Assembly: GCA_964016885.1 (NCBI GenBank)
Contig: OZ024756.1
Span: 5,084,001 to 5,148,000 of the forward strand
Reading direction: 5' to 3'
From: Eledone cirrhosa
Lineage: Eukaryota
DNA: 64,000 nt
Shown: piece after piece, positions 44,851-56,108 of the stretch
How the letters are laid out: the number at the start of each line of letters is the position of its first letter
Position numbering within the stretch: the first letter of the stretch is position 1
Position numbers and translations under genes: made by a program
Notes under the pieces: model-generated
Told to the model about the DNA's origin: nothing
Database searches by the model: none
The model's input: the letters and a program-made list of their open reading frames with translations, nothing else

Positions 44851-44854
<4 letters not shown>

Positions 44855-45365
44855 AGGTTTAGCAAATAAGAAAAAGCTTCAAAAAATTCACTGTACTTAC
44901 TATGGTTACCTTTACTGAATCGGTTTCGAGTCTCAAAAGTAAATGGAAAGTCCTTGGGGGCTTCCATTGAAAAGATAAACTCTCGTCAGAAGGTTCTTTT
45001 GACTCGGAGAATATAAAATTCCCGAGTTCAAATTACGAACTGGCGCTATTCAAAATTGTTCCCGAGATGACAATGAATGATGTGGAAACAATTCTGTCCA
45101 GTGCGGTGTGTGAAGATAGAAGTAGATGCAGGGAGGTCAATCTACTACCACTATAAATAGCAGTAGTTAAAATAACCATATTTCATCTCGACCAGAGGGA
45201 GATTAATAATAATAAAGTATATATCCCTACACGCAAAAAACGAATAGGGACACATGTATTGTCCAACCATATGCCAATTTGGTTCAATGGCAGGTTAATA
45301 AATTAACGAGCCAGAACATATATAATCAAGGTTTAGCAAATAAGAAAAAGTTTCAAAATAAATTT
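44851..45365 (-). mobile_element. HHR-bearing non-coding unit (474-bp period, 1.1 copies)
   Basis: ATCAAGGTTTAGCAAATAAGAAAAAG at 44851 and 45325; HHR at 44908-44994. Confidence 0.7.
44908..44994 (-). ncRNA. Type I hammerhead ribozyme
   Basis: Minus strand: ACCTT CTGACGA GAGTTT..AATGGAAG..CTTTCCATT..AGACTC GAAA C-cgattca-G TA^ AAGGT. Confidence 0.8.
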
Positions 45366-45397
45366 CAAATAATAATAATAATGAGTGTGATTATAAT

Positions 45398-45759
45398 AAT
45401 AATTGTTTCTACTATTGGCACAAGGCCAGCAATTACGCAGTACATTACCGGTACTTTATTTTATCGACCACGTAAGGATGAAAGGCAAAGTTAACCTCGG
45501 CGGGATTTGATCTAAGAATGGCCAGAGTGTAATTATAGTTTAATGTAAGGAATGTTAATAATGATAATAATAATTGTTTCTACTTTAGGCACAAGGCCAG
45601 CAGTTACCCAGTGCATTACTGGTACTTTATTTTATCGACCCCGTAAGGATGAAAGGCAAAGTCAACCTCGGCGGGATTTGAACTCAGATCGTAAAGGGAC
45701 GTAACTATGCTGGAAAGCATGGCGTCCAACCCTCTACCGATACTGCCAATCCACCGCCA
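45398..45759 (-). mobile_element. Two adjacent SINE family A copies (45398-45523 truncated; 45570-45759 full length)
   Basis: Reverse-complement matches to family A, each with an (ATT)n tail. Confidence 0.85.
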
Positions 45760-45786
45760 TGTGGTGATATGATAATAATAATGTCC

Positions 45787-45906
45787 GTTTACAATTGTTT
45801 CGCTACTCCATATAATGTTTCTGGATCAATTGATTATAGATCCTTATTGATCTGGTTCAGATGAAGATAAGTAACTTAGGTAAAAAATGGAGCGGCTCTT
45901 CAGAAC
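45787..45906 (-). ncRNA. Hammerhead ribozyme with extended stem II (3' region of the 46293 PLE)
   Basis: Minus strand: GTT CTGAAGA GCcGCTCCAT...ATGGAGTaGC GAAA C-AATT-G TA^ AAC. Stem I has only 3 pairs. Confidence 0.6.
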
Positions 45907-46292
45907 TTCAAAGGATAATGAAAATATTTATAAATATACTATGGAATAAGAAATATAAAGTAAGTAAAGAAAGAAAGTTACATGAATGTAATGTTCCATA
46001 TATTGGTATTTCACGACGGTGTTTTCGATCTATTTAATTTCTGTTATATGCAAGCATTATTCATCTGTCGAGGCTGTATTAAGCGATGTCTGCCTACGCA
46101 TAACAATATGGCCGCCTGAGGATATTTACCTTACTAATTAGAGACAGGTTTCAAGGTAATTAATATAGAAATTTAGGTGATTTATAGAAATTTAGGTAAT
46201 TAATATAGAAATTTAGGTGATTTATAGAAATGCTAATGAGCTTAAGTGAGAGATAGTGTAGGGGAGGTAACTTATAATTATCCAAGTCATTG

Positions 46293-47022
46293 TTAAATAT
46301 TTAACATGTTAGCTATATGTAAAGTTGAGATTATATGATTATGTTGGGTCAAATGTTCTATTGGCGAAGGATTTGCCCTTCGATGTTGACAGCTAATAGT
46401 TACCTCGTTTCTATCGTTTATAGGTTGTGGTCGTGATAGAGTTAAGTAATAGGCCTCGGTAACACAGAGATCACAACAGTTTCTTCGTCCATTGAACGCT
46501 TGGGCTCTAGCCAAGATATCCCATGTTAGTGAGTGTTCAGTGTTGGTTAATTTAAGGTTTTTAATGAGCCTAGCTAGAGATGTTGAACATCTATTGCTAG
46601 GGTCACGGAAGGAAAAAGAGTGCGCATTATAGCGTACCTTAAAAGGGTTAGAGGTAGAGCCAATATAGGAGCTAGTGTGTGATGCTGTTTTAACTGTGCA
46701 CTTATATACTATATTGGGTGTAAGGCATTGTCCGTTTAGTGGGCATGCATTAGGATGACGGCAGTTGCAATTACTGCTGCGGTTAGTAAGGGTAGGGTTG
46801 TTTAAACTATGTGGCTGGTGTGTGCTAGAAGGATTAGATGGGGGAGGTATGCTACTAGAGTAAGTATTTGTGTAGAGACGTAGTGCATTTGAGGGGGTAG
46901 TGGTACCGCGGTGTGGGAGTTATACTGTCCTAGTTTATGATGGTTACTGAATGCGATGTGGCTAGCTAGGTTAGGTGTTGTGGATAATGAGATTTTAATG
47001 TTGTTTTTATTAAAGAGTTTGT
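46293..47022 (-). pseudogene. 5'-truncated PLE: linker plus GIY-YIG endonuclease
   Basis: YKLFNKNNIKISLSTTPNL...; CNCRHPNACPLNGQCLTPNSIYKCTVKT..SYIGSTSNPFKVRYNAHSFSF...TW..LARA...CDLCVTE...SCQHR. Confidence 0.9.
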
Positions 47023-47291
47023 AGTATATATATATATATATATATATAAACACTTATGCACCCTTTCCACCATATATGTATATTTATATATGTATATATA
47101 TATATATATATATTTGTTTTTCAAGGTTTTTGATATGAAATCGTGTGTCGAAACAAATATTGTTATACTTGGGGAGGGCCATATTGTTATAATATTGCCA
47201 GAAATAATAACAGAAATAATATTGTTCTTATTTCTGGCAATATTATAACAATATATATGTAAATAAACTTACGCATCCCTCCCACCATATA

Positions 47292-47354
<63 letters not shown>

Positions 47355-47399
47355 CGTAAAATAAGAAAATTATAAAATTAACTTACTTACTAAAAAATC

Positions 47400-47483
47400 A
47401 CTTCCAACTAATTAGTTTCTGGAATGGAGTAAATATATTTTCCGAAGAAACATATAGAAAAATCATTCCGTCATCAGGAAAGT
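47400..47483 (-). ncRNA. Type I hammerhead ribozyme (copy 1)
   Basis: Minus strand: ACTTTC CTGATGA cGGAATG...CATTCCa GAAA CT-AATT-AG TT^ GGAAGT. Palindromic CTAATTAG. Confidence 0.85.
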
Positions 47484-47925
47484 CTTTTTCCGTGTAAGTC
47501 TCCAGGCATAGCGAGGACTCTGGAAACTTATTAAAAAAATAATTCAGTGGAAAGGAAATAGCGAAGCGTGGACTGGATTCCTAGCCATTGAGAAAATCAC
47601 TGCCTCTACGTCTGTGGCAAATTCAAAAAGAATCAATCACGTGACATCGAGGTCAATCAGTGGAAAGCGAGTGGTTAATAAGACAGCGGCCAGCCTACTA
47701 CCATAGTAGCAGTCATGGCCAAATATTGCTCGACAAATGAATTGGAGATAATTATAAGGAATTTATATCTAGTAACATTTATATACACACAGATGCATAT
47801 CAATGCTAGCAAATATATAGGTTTTGTCTTATTAACATTGTGGTTCAATGCATGGGGTTGCAGAACAATAATATGAGAGACGTAAAATAAGAAAATTATA
47901 AAATTAACTTACTTACTAAAAAATC

Positions 47926-48009
47926 ACTTCCAACTAATTAGTTTCTGGAATGGAGTAAATATATTTTCCGAAGAAACATATAGAAAAATCATTCCGTCAT
48001 CAGGAAAGT
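47926..48009 (-). ncRNA. Type I hammerhead ribozyme (copy 2)
   Basis: Same sequence as copy 1, 526 bp away. Confidence 0.85.
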
Positions 48010-48579
48010 CTTTTTCCGTGTAAGTCTCCAGGCATAGCGAGGACTCTGGAAACTTATTAAAAAAATAATTCAGTGGAAAGGAAATAGCGAAGCGTGGACT
48101 GGATTCCTAGCCATTGAGAAAATCACTGCCTCTACGTCTGTGGCAAATTCAAAAAGAATCAATCACGTGACATCGAGGTCAATCAGTGGAAAGCGAGTGG
48201 TATATATGGTAATGAATGAGTTAATATTATACACATTAATACACATTAATAATTCCTCACATCACTTTCTTTATATTCTCTTCTAATGCTTTTTTGATAT
48301 AGTAATACGTCATTTTATTTTTTCAAAGTCTAGCTTAATATAAGTTAAAAATTCATATTGCTAAATATGTTCTTTGTTTATTCAGTATAACTAAACTTTT
48401 TATTCTAAAAATTTCGTCTTTTCCATCTCCAAAATTCCACTCATAAAGAATTGATAATCAGTATGTCAAAATATAGTACAAAATATTTCTCTGAGGTGCT
48501 GTCAAGTGAGATAAAACCTTGAACAACATGTTTGCGTAGAGAACTTCTTAACCACACACATATATATATATAATAATGA

Positions 48580-48815
48580 TAATAATGAAATTATTGTGTA
48601 CAGTGCTCAGGTGCACTACAGCTCATCAAAGGTGCATGTATAGTACATAGAATAATGTACAAATGTCAGGAAAATGAACAGTGTATGAGTCATGATATAA
48701 TAATAATAATAATAATAATGAAATGTTGTGTACAGTGCCCAGGTGCACCACAACTCATCAAAAAGTGCATGTACAATACATAGGGCAATGCACAGACATA
48801 AGGAAAATGAACAGT
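48580..48815 (-). mobile_element. Two tandem about 110-bp retroposon 3' ends with (ATT)n tails
   Basis: (AAT)nGAAAT..TTGTGTACAGTGC.CAGGTGCAC.ACA.CTCATCAAA..GTGCATGTA at about 48584 and 48713. Confidence 0.5.
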
Positions 48816-48849
48816 CGCCTGACCGATTTAACTCACTCGATATGCAAAT

Positions 48850-49117
48850 TAGGCTGCTCAGCCGTTAATTTTCATAAGGAAAGTATATACTTTCGAACGT
48901 TCAACTATCTGGCAGATGGGTATACGGTGCTGATGATAGCTAACAAGCTTGAAACTAGTACATCGTTCCTGTGTCAGTGTTGAACAAAAAGGTGACGTGG
49001 TTGCCTTAACACCGTGCGGCATAAATTCAGGCTGTTCAGTTTGTTTACAAACGAACAAAGCGGGCGCTATAATAAGCGTCCGCTAAACTGATGCGTACAT
49101 ATATGTATGTGTACCTG

Positions 49118-49187
<70 letters not shown>

Positions 49188-49300
49188 TGCTACTGTACGT
49201 CTGTATACATATATGTATGTACGTATACATACATACTTACATTTAAGTAAGTGCCGTACTAAGAGTGAGAAATGAAATTTCGTTTTCATTTTATTACAAC
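48850..49300 (+). mobile_element. Second, diverged copy of the 259-975 HHR element family
   Basis: Colinear with the reverse complement of 570->259, then with 870-970. Confidence 0.8.
48924..48966 (+). ncRNA. Type I minimal hammerhead ribozyme
   Basis: ACGGTG CTGATGA TAGCT-AACA-AGCTT GAAA C-TA-G TA^ CATCGT. Confidence 0.85.
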
Positions 49301-49301
49301 T

Positions 49302-49332
<31 letters not shown>

Positions 49333-49569
49333 TTTTTTAAACCACTCATTGTAGATATATTTTGTTCAGTATCAGTTTCAACTGAATATTATATTATTCT
49401 TCCTTCCTCACAATTTCTATATAAGTTTCAACTCAAGTTTTAGTCCACACTTTACTATACAGGATCTACAGTATATCCTCAAGATAGGGTCCCTAATCAG
49501 ACCTATATTGAACCAATGACTCGAACGGGCGTGGGAAATCTTTTTTTTTTTCTTCGAGGAGTGGGCCAC

Positions 49570-49800
49570 ATAGAATGTGGTTCTTTATAATGTGGGCAAT
49601 TAAAGACAATTTTGAAATTAGGCCTGTAATTCAGAAAGTCAAATGGTCCACCATTTGCCTATGAGTATACTACACTCTACCTTTTAAAAATAAACTTAAC
49701 TGGGTAATAGCAGTTATCCCACTGCCAATCTTCCGGGTTGTGATCACTTTCTGTCAGCAACATTTTGTCTCTGTATGTAAATAAACTACAAAATATCCAT
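49570..49800 (-). mobile_element. Highly decayed LINE RT fragment
   Basis: PEDW...P..IFKR...NYRP resembles the start of CR1/L2/Jockey-type RT domains. Confidence 0.35.
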
Positions 49801-50974
49801 ATAGGTGTCTTATCTATTTTCTTATATCGATAATGTAACACCCCATGAACCCTTACGGAAATGAAAGAGCTCAATGGACACATAGGGGTGCCGTCTTGAA
49901 GCACGGGGTCCAACCATGTCTGAACATCACTGATTTCATCCCGGGAGAGAGAAGGGGCGTGATAAATTGATAAAGAGAGATAGAGGAAGAATTGATCACA
50001 GTTGTGGGCTGGGACTTTATTTATCGACTTTAAAAGGATGAAAGGTAATGTTGACTTGTGTGGGATTTGAATTCAGAACCCAGTGAACGGGAAGAAACAC
50101 TGAGGTATTTAATCTGACACCATGACGATTCTTCCAATTCACCGCCTTCATTAACCCCTATAGCTTATATGAAAGGCCAAAGGGTGACTACAGTTATAGT
50201 TAGCTATCAACATCCTAACAATATCTCTTTATGATCATGCTCTTAGTAGAGAAGCGACTGTCTGGAAGCGTTAATGATTGCTATTTATCTATATTAAAGG
50301 ACTCACAATTGTATTTACAATAATATTTAGATCGCTTTTAAAGTCACTATTAAATACTGTGAGTGGTATTGTTTTTACTATAAATGTTATTCATAAACTT
50401 TATCACAGGAAATCATATCATATGTAGATTAACTATAAAATGGATTTTCAAGCTCAGTCAGAGATGAAATTAAGAGGAAAGATTAAAGATATAAAGCTCT
50501 TGCAATGGTGTATTAACGTGAGTTGTCAGAAGAGATGATTGACGACATTGACTGAGCAGAAGAAAGAAACCGATACAGCAAAATATCTCGTTAGAGTTAA
50601 TACAAAGATACACAATTTATCCAGATGCGGATAGGTTTATGTGGCAAGTAATTGTGAAATTGAAAAATTGCAAAGTGGAACAGAAATGTCGAAGGTTAGA
50701 ACCAGAGTTATTTGCCTGCTTAAGAGATATATTCGCAGAAATATCTGCTGTTTTGATCTATATCAGATTCACATTGACTAGGTATATGTTTTCAGCTAAC
50801 TCTACCCAGGATAATGTAACTCATACCCTTGTTTTCATGTGGTGTATTTCATCTAAAACCATTATCCTCCGATCTTAGAACTAATACCGTCTCTGTTTAG
50901 TAGTCTAGTAGTCTGCTGGAAATGATATATATATATATATACACACACACGCACACACATATGTATATATATAT

Positions 50975-51010
<36 letters not shown>

Positions 51011-51529
51011 CCACGCATCCGCACACACGCACATATATATATACAGAGACAGAGAGAGAGAGTGATAAATGGGGGTAAATCTGTACTCAACGTGTGTCTT
51101 AATACTATATATTTTAATGCGAAGGCTTTAATTGGTTTGGTATAAGATACTCTCTCCCAGCTGGATTTCCTAAGTCGTGACATTTCCTGTTCTCGGATCA
51201 ATATCTGTGAATAACGTACACACAGATACATCTGTAGTTGATATTATGATTTTATTTAACAGAAACAAATTGATTAAAGTGAAATAAATCTATTCAATAG
51301 GTAATATCATTAGATAGGATATTTCTAAAGAAAATCAAACAAAAACAAACTCAACCGTTGTCGACTTCTTTATGGATCTTCACTTAGTTTTATATACTAT
51401 CTTATAGCATTTCCGCACATGAGCACAGCATTCTTTATACTAGCTTTATCCCCCAAGCGCTTTGTAAAAGTTGGAGAGATCAATTACGTATACACTAAGT
51501 AATTTTATTTTTCGAAGAGATGAGTTTGG

Positions 51530-51966
51530 TCTACTTTCTCTCCGGACAACAACTCATTGCCTTCTTTAGGTACCACGTTGGAAGGAGAATCAGAGTTGAG
51601 AGAGAGGTACTGCACCCCAGTAAATTTACTGAAAGGCAAGAAAGGTACTGCGCCCCAGTAAATTTACTGAATGTGGCAAAAATGGCCCAAGTGATTGGGG
51701 CTTCTCTGTATATATACGTGTAGGTTGAAGAAGAGAGCATAAGGAAGAAAAGAGCACTTGCACAGCATGCTCCTGGGGTTGAGGGTTGTTCTATCTACAG
51801 GGTATAAAACAACCCATTTGTAACGCCTTCCCTCTATTGGGGATTTCGATTGTTGAATTTGTATGTTAACATTTTTTTACACGATTGTATGTAAAATCGC
51901 CGCCATATTCTTTGTATTGTCCCCTTTTCTTGTACGCCCTTGTGGCAAATAAAGAAATGTATCTAT
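51530..51966 (+). mobile_element. Non-LTR retrotransposon 3' end (L1/Tx1-like)
   Basis: Homologous to 58277-58668; peptide LSGQQLIAFFRYHVGRRIRVEREVL; ends AATAAAGAAAT.TATCTAT. Confidence 0.55.
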
Positions 51967-52590
51967 GTTTGACAATTCGTCAAATATATGTAGCTTCATC
52001 TCTCTGTTATTGGCGCTGTTTTCTGTAATATTACTAAATCAAGATTAAGAAAATTAATTACAACAAATTATTTCAGTTTTCTAATCTAAATTTATCCTCA
52101 ATAGTATTTGTAGTAACAGAAGATGGTGCCTCACGGCTGTTCTACATTTACAGTATGAAATAACCAAGGGTAAATGTTCAGCTATTTTGATATAAGATTT
52201 TAGAAAAGAGAAAGCCATGAATTCTTTTGACGTTGTTCTGTCTTATGGCTTCTGTTTTGGTAGTGAACCGTCGTTACCTTTTAGTTAATACATTTTCAGC
52301 AGACATTTTGTTCTATAGTAATATAAATAATTTATAATGTACTAAACTGAATTTTCAGCTGTCTAAGTGCTAATATATATATATATATATAAATGTTTAT
52401 ATATATATATATATATATATAAAAAATTTATTTTAAAAAAAAAAAAAAATTTTTTATTTTTTTCTAATCCGGAAAAAAATTCTTTTTGGATTTTGTGAAG
52501 AAAATAAATTTGTTAAAAGCACAAGTGAAGCCATTTTTTTCTTCCCCACTGTCTTAATATACCTAACTGTACCAAGGATTACACACATTT

Positions 52591-52626
<36 letters not shown>

Positions 52627-52671
52627 ATAATAATAAATTTGCAGACTAAAATCCAAAGAGGGCTCGATCTG

Positions 52672-52728
<57 letters not shown>

Positions 52729-52938
52729 TATATTATATTATCAGCAATTCGAAAGCCGAAAATTCGGGTTCGTACATTACTTTCTTCTGTGAAGAAAAAC
52801 AAGTATTACTACCTTCTCTTACCACTAAATTTTGAGCAAGAAGGATGGAGGAAAATTTACTCCAAACATTTGATTTTAATTTTAAATCCTTAGTTTTTAA
52901 CTCCTATTAATTATTTTAAATTTTTATTTCAACACTCA

Positions 52939-52982
52939 ATATTTGATAAGATGGATTTTAATACATCGAAACCGGTAATTCT
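52939..52982 (+). ncRNA. Hammerhead-like motif, U3/A8 core variant
   Basis: AT TTGATAA GATG-gattttaata-CATC GAAA C-CG-G TA^ AT. Stem I is weak. Confidence 0.45.
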
Positions 52983-53178
52983 TCATATACTTTATATACA
53001 TTATAAAACTTTTTTTAAAAAAGAATTGTCCCTCTCATTTTTTCAATAATGTTATCTTTTCAATAATGTCACCTTGACGAATCAAAAAAGGAAAACCGAC
53101 CCTTAAATATATCTCCCGTGCTACTTCCAACTTCACATTTTCTCTATATCCACACTTTTGTATAAAATCTTACTTCCC

Positions 53179-53218
<40 letters not shown>

Positions 53219-53441
53219 AATATAAAGAGACAACAACAACGCAGGAGTACAAGTTACAAATGGTATTAGGATCCCGTTTAGTGAAAATGGGAGGGGGCGG
53301 GTTGTGACGATTCGTGCATAATCCCTTCATCAGGAGAGTGTGTGTGTGTGTGGGGGGGGGATTCTGAGAAGGAATGAAGGGGGAGTTAGTGAAAAAAAGG
53401 AGAAAAAGATAAAACCTGAAGTGGAAAATAAAAGTTAAAAT

Positions 53442-53484
<43 letters not shown>

Positions 53485-53488
<4 letters not shown>

Positions 53489-53750
53489 TTAGAAAGTAAA
53501 TGGATACAAACAAGAGATGGACATTTTCCCTTCATCAGTTGTCTACTACAGGTCACAGATGTTTGAGCGCATTACAGTTAATACATCTATCCGAAGCATG
53601 CCCATAACTGTATTCTCTATAATGCGCTGAAACATCTGTGACCCGTAGTAGACAACTGATGAAGGGAAAATGGCCATGTCTTGTTTGTGTCCCTTTACTT
53701 TCTAACACGCGTCATCAGTAACCACACAGATTCGTCCCTATGTATCCATA
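53485..53750. mobile_element. Fold-back element with split HHR-like motifs
   Basis: 53485-53578 and 53617-53708 are diverged inverted arms containing GAAAC and CTGATGAAGGG. An inverted fragment at 53708-53750 carries GGTTACTGATGACGCG. Confidence 0.6.
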
Positions 53751-53757
53751 TATATAA

Positions 53758-53830
<73 letters not shown>

Positions 53831-53834
<4 letters not shown>

Positions 53835-53960
53835 GGAGTTGAGTTTTATTGTAGAACAATAAAGCAATATAATAACGCAAATATCGTCCCAGGATGATAT
53901 TTGTTTTTGAAATACGCATAATATAATACAGGGAACTTTTTTAACCATCTTTTAATTTCT
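53831..53960. mobile_element. Collapsed copy of the 60402-60813 fold-back family
   Basis: 53831-53868 matches 60402-60440; 53878-53955 matches 60727-60805. Confidence 0.7.
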
Positions 53961-53963
53961 TCT

Positions 53964-54021
<58 letters not shown>

Positions 54022-54048
54022 CCTCTCTCTCTCTATATATATATATGT

Positions 54049-54247
54049 GAACAGAGTCAGGAACCCGACGGCCGTTTCGACAGCTAGATCCTAACTAAGC
54101 CAGCAGTATTCGAATACGGGTGGTTTAGTTCGGATCTAGCTCAGCCGTCGGGGTCCTGACTCTTTTCCTAGTACCCACTCTATTACACTAAATATCGAGT
54201 ACTCTGGTGTGTTACAGTCCACCTGACATCTTCTCACACCATCTTTG

Positions 54248-54250
<3 letters not shown>
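54049..54250 (+). mobile_element. Diverged member of the 'GGACCCCGACGG' fold-back family
   Basis: GAGTCAGGAACCCGACGG...CCGTCGGGGTCCTGACTC arms, long imperfect central hairpin, tail with GAGTAC. Confidence 0.7.
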
Positions 54251-54292
<42 letters not shown>

Positions 54293-54777
54293 ATAAACAA
54301 AGTACTCAAATACAGAAATGTTATAAAGATACCTTATAAAAGACGGTGAAGGCCCTTAAAGATAGAAAAAGTAGTTGCCATCGGCCGCTATGAGAAAATT
54401 AATCCCACACCTTTTGCTGGCTTAGATTGTTGTGTTTAGGTAATTTTGAGGTGCGGATTTCAAATATAGCATCCATTGTGCCCTAACACATCGGGTTTTC
54501 ATTCTATAACATATCCCCATTTGCACTCTATGAAAAATATAATCTTCTTAATAAGTTGTAACGTCAATAGATCTGATGTGATAGATGAAATATATCATTA
54601 CCTTTTATTAAATACATCTTGTTAATTCTCAAATAAAATAGATAAAGCACAATCGTGCACTGACCAACATATTCATGGAACAAACTTTCGTTTACGAGAG
54701 AGCCTGTAGTATTTCATATCTACACAGTCTCTTTGAATACTCCAGCAGTAGTCTGCTGTGATGTATGTATTCCATCT

Positions 54778-55188
54778 ACCTTGATATCTCTCCTCCATAA
54801 CCTTGATATCTTTCCTCCATAACTTTGATATCTCTCCTCCATAACCTTGATATCTTTCCTGCATAACTTTGATATCTTTCCTCCATAACTTTGATATCTC
54901 TCCTCCATAACCTTGATATCTTTCCTGCATAACTTTGATATCTCTCCTCCATAACCTTGATATCTTTCCTCCATAACCTTGATATCTTTCCTCCATAACT
55001 TTGATATCTTTCCTCCATAACTTTGATATCTCTCCTCCATAACCTTGATATCTCTCCTCCATAACCTTGATATCTTTCCTCCATAACTTTGATATCTCTC
55101 CTCCATAACCTTGATATCTCTCCTCCATAACCTTGATATCTTTCCTCCATAACTTTGATATCTCTCCTCCATAACCTTGATATCTTGA
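54778..55188. repeat. 22-bp minisatellite inside the transposase (ATAACYTTGATATCTYTCCTCC), about 18 copies
   Basis: The 22-aa periodicity in all three minus frames equals 3 x 22 bp. Confidence 0.95.
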
Positions 55189-55919
55189 TGGAAGTGCTCG
55201 CCATGCTCATCGCAAATGTCTCCAAGATTAGCAGGAGATTCATCGAGATGGCTCTTGGGAAATGAATCTCTATGCTCATGTTACAGCCTAAAAGATGAAA
55301 GCTATCAAGAAATGTCTCCACCAAATCCTTGTAGTTTGCAGGCTTTTTGCTGCCAAAAATTTCTTTCTCAACAGACACAAATGGAATCCATTCTCTTTTT
55401 ACGTCAGTCAACGAGCTCGAGCAGTTTTGGCATTTCAACAACTTTCTGATTTGTGTCCTGTCAAAAACACCAGCCTTTATTTTATCAAAACTTAGGCCAG
55501 AAAATGATGTACATAGGAATTTGAAACAGTCAACCTCTCCATTAAGAGCTTTGACAACCTGTTTCATTAGTCCTAGTTTAATATGAAGAGGTGAGAAGAT
55601 GATTTTCCTTCGCCCAACAAGTGGTTAATGTATGATATTCTTCTCCCCAACAGTCAATCTTTTTCTAATTGGCCAGTGCTTCCGTTCCCAATGTTTGTCT
55701 TTAGCTCGGTTATCCTATAAACACAGGAAACACAAATATTCTGTATACCCTCCTTGTTGGCCAAGTAAAAAGTTGACCATTTTCAGACCCACTCATATAT
55801 CCTATTTGTGTTCATCATACTTGAGTAAATCTAATACAGTTTTTATGTTTTCATGCTTCTCTTTTAAGTGCACAGTGGCCAATAGAAATTGCACCTAACA
55901 AGTTTCCATTATAAAGTAA

Positions 55920-56108
55920 TGGCGGTGGATTGGAAGTATCGGTAAAGGGTCGGACGCTATGCTTTGCAGCAAAGAGTTACGGCCCTTTATGGTCTGAGTT
56001 CAAATCCCGCCGAGGTTAACTTTGCCTTTCATCCTTACGGGGTCGATAAAATAAAGTACCAGTAATGCACTGGGTAATTGCTGACCTTGTGTCAACCAGA
56101 AACAATTA
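55920..56108 (+). mobile_element. SINE family A, full length, inserted in the transposase
   Basis: A/B boxes and core; probable 13-bp TSD ATTATAAAGTAAT / ATTATAACGTTAT. Confidence 0.88.

Larger units (their letters stand above)
47345..48201 (-). mobile_element. Tandem HHR repeat (526-bp unit, 1.6 copies), retrozyme/pLTR-like
   Basis: 47345-47675 appears identical to 47871-48201; one HHR per unit; no ORF; abuts (TA)n. Confidence 0.85.

Noticed and set aside
54658-54670. CACTGACCAACA as the left TIR of the transposon
   Set aside because: It resembles the right terminus but lies directly after the stop codon, while subterminal inverted similarity continues to about 54440. The true end is probably further left; unresolved.
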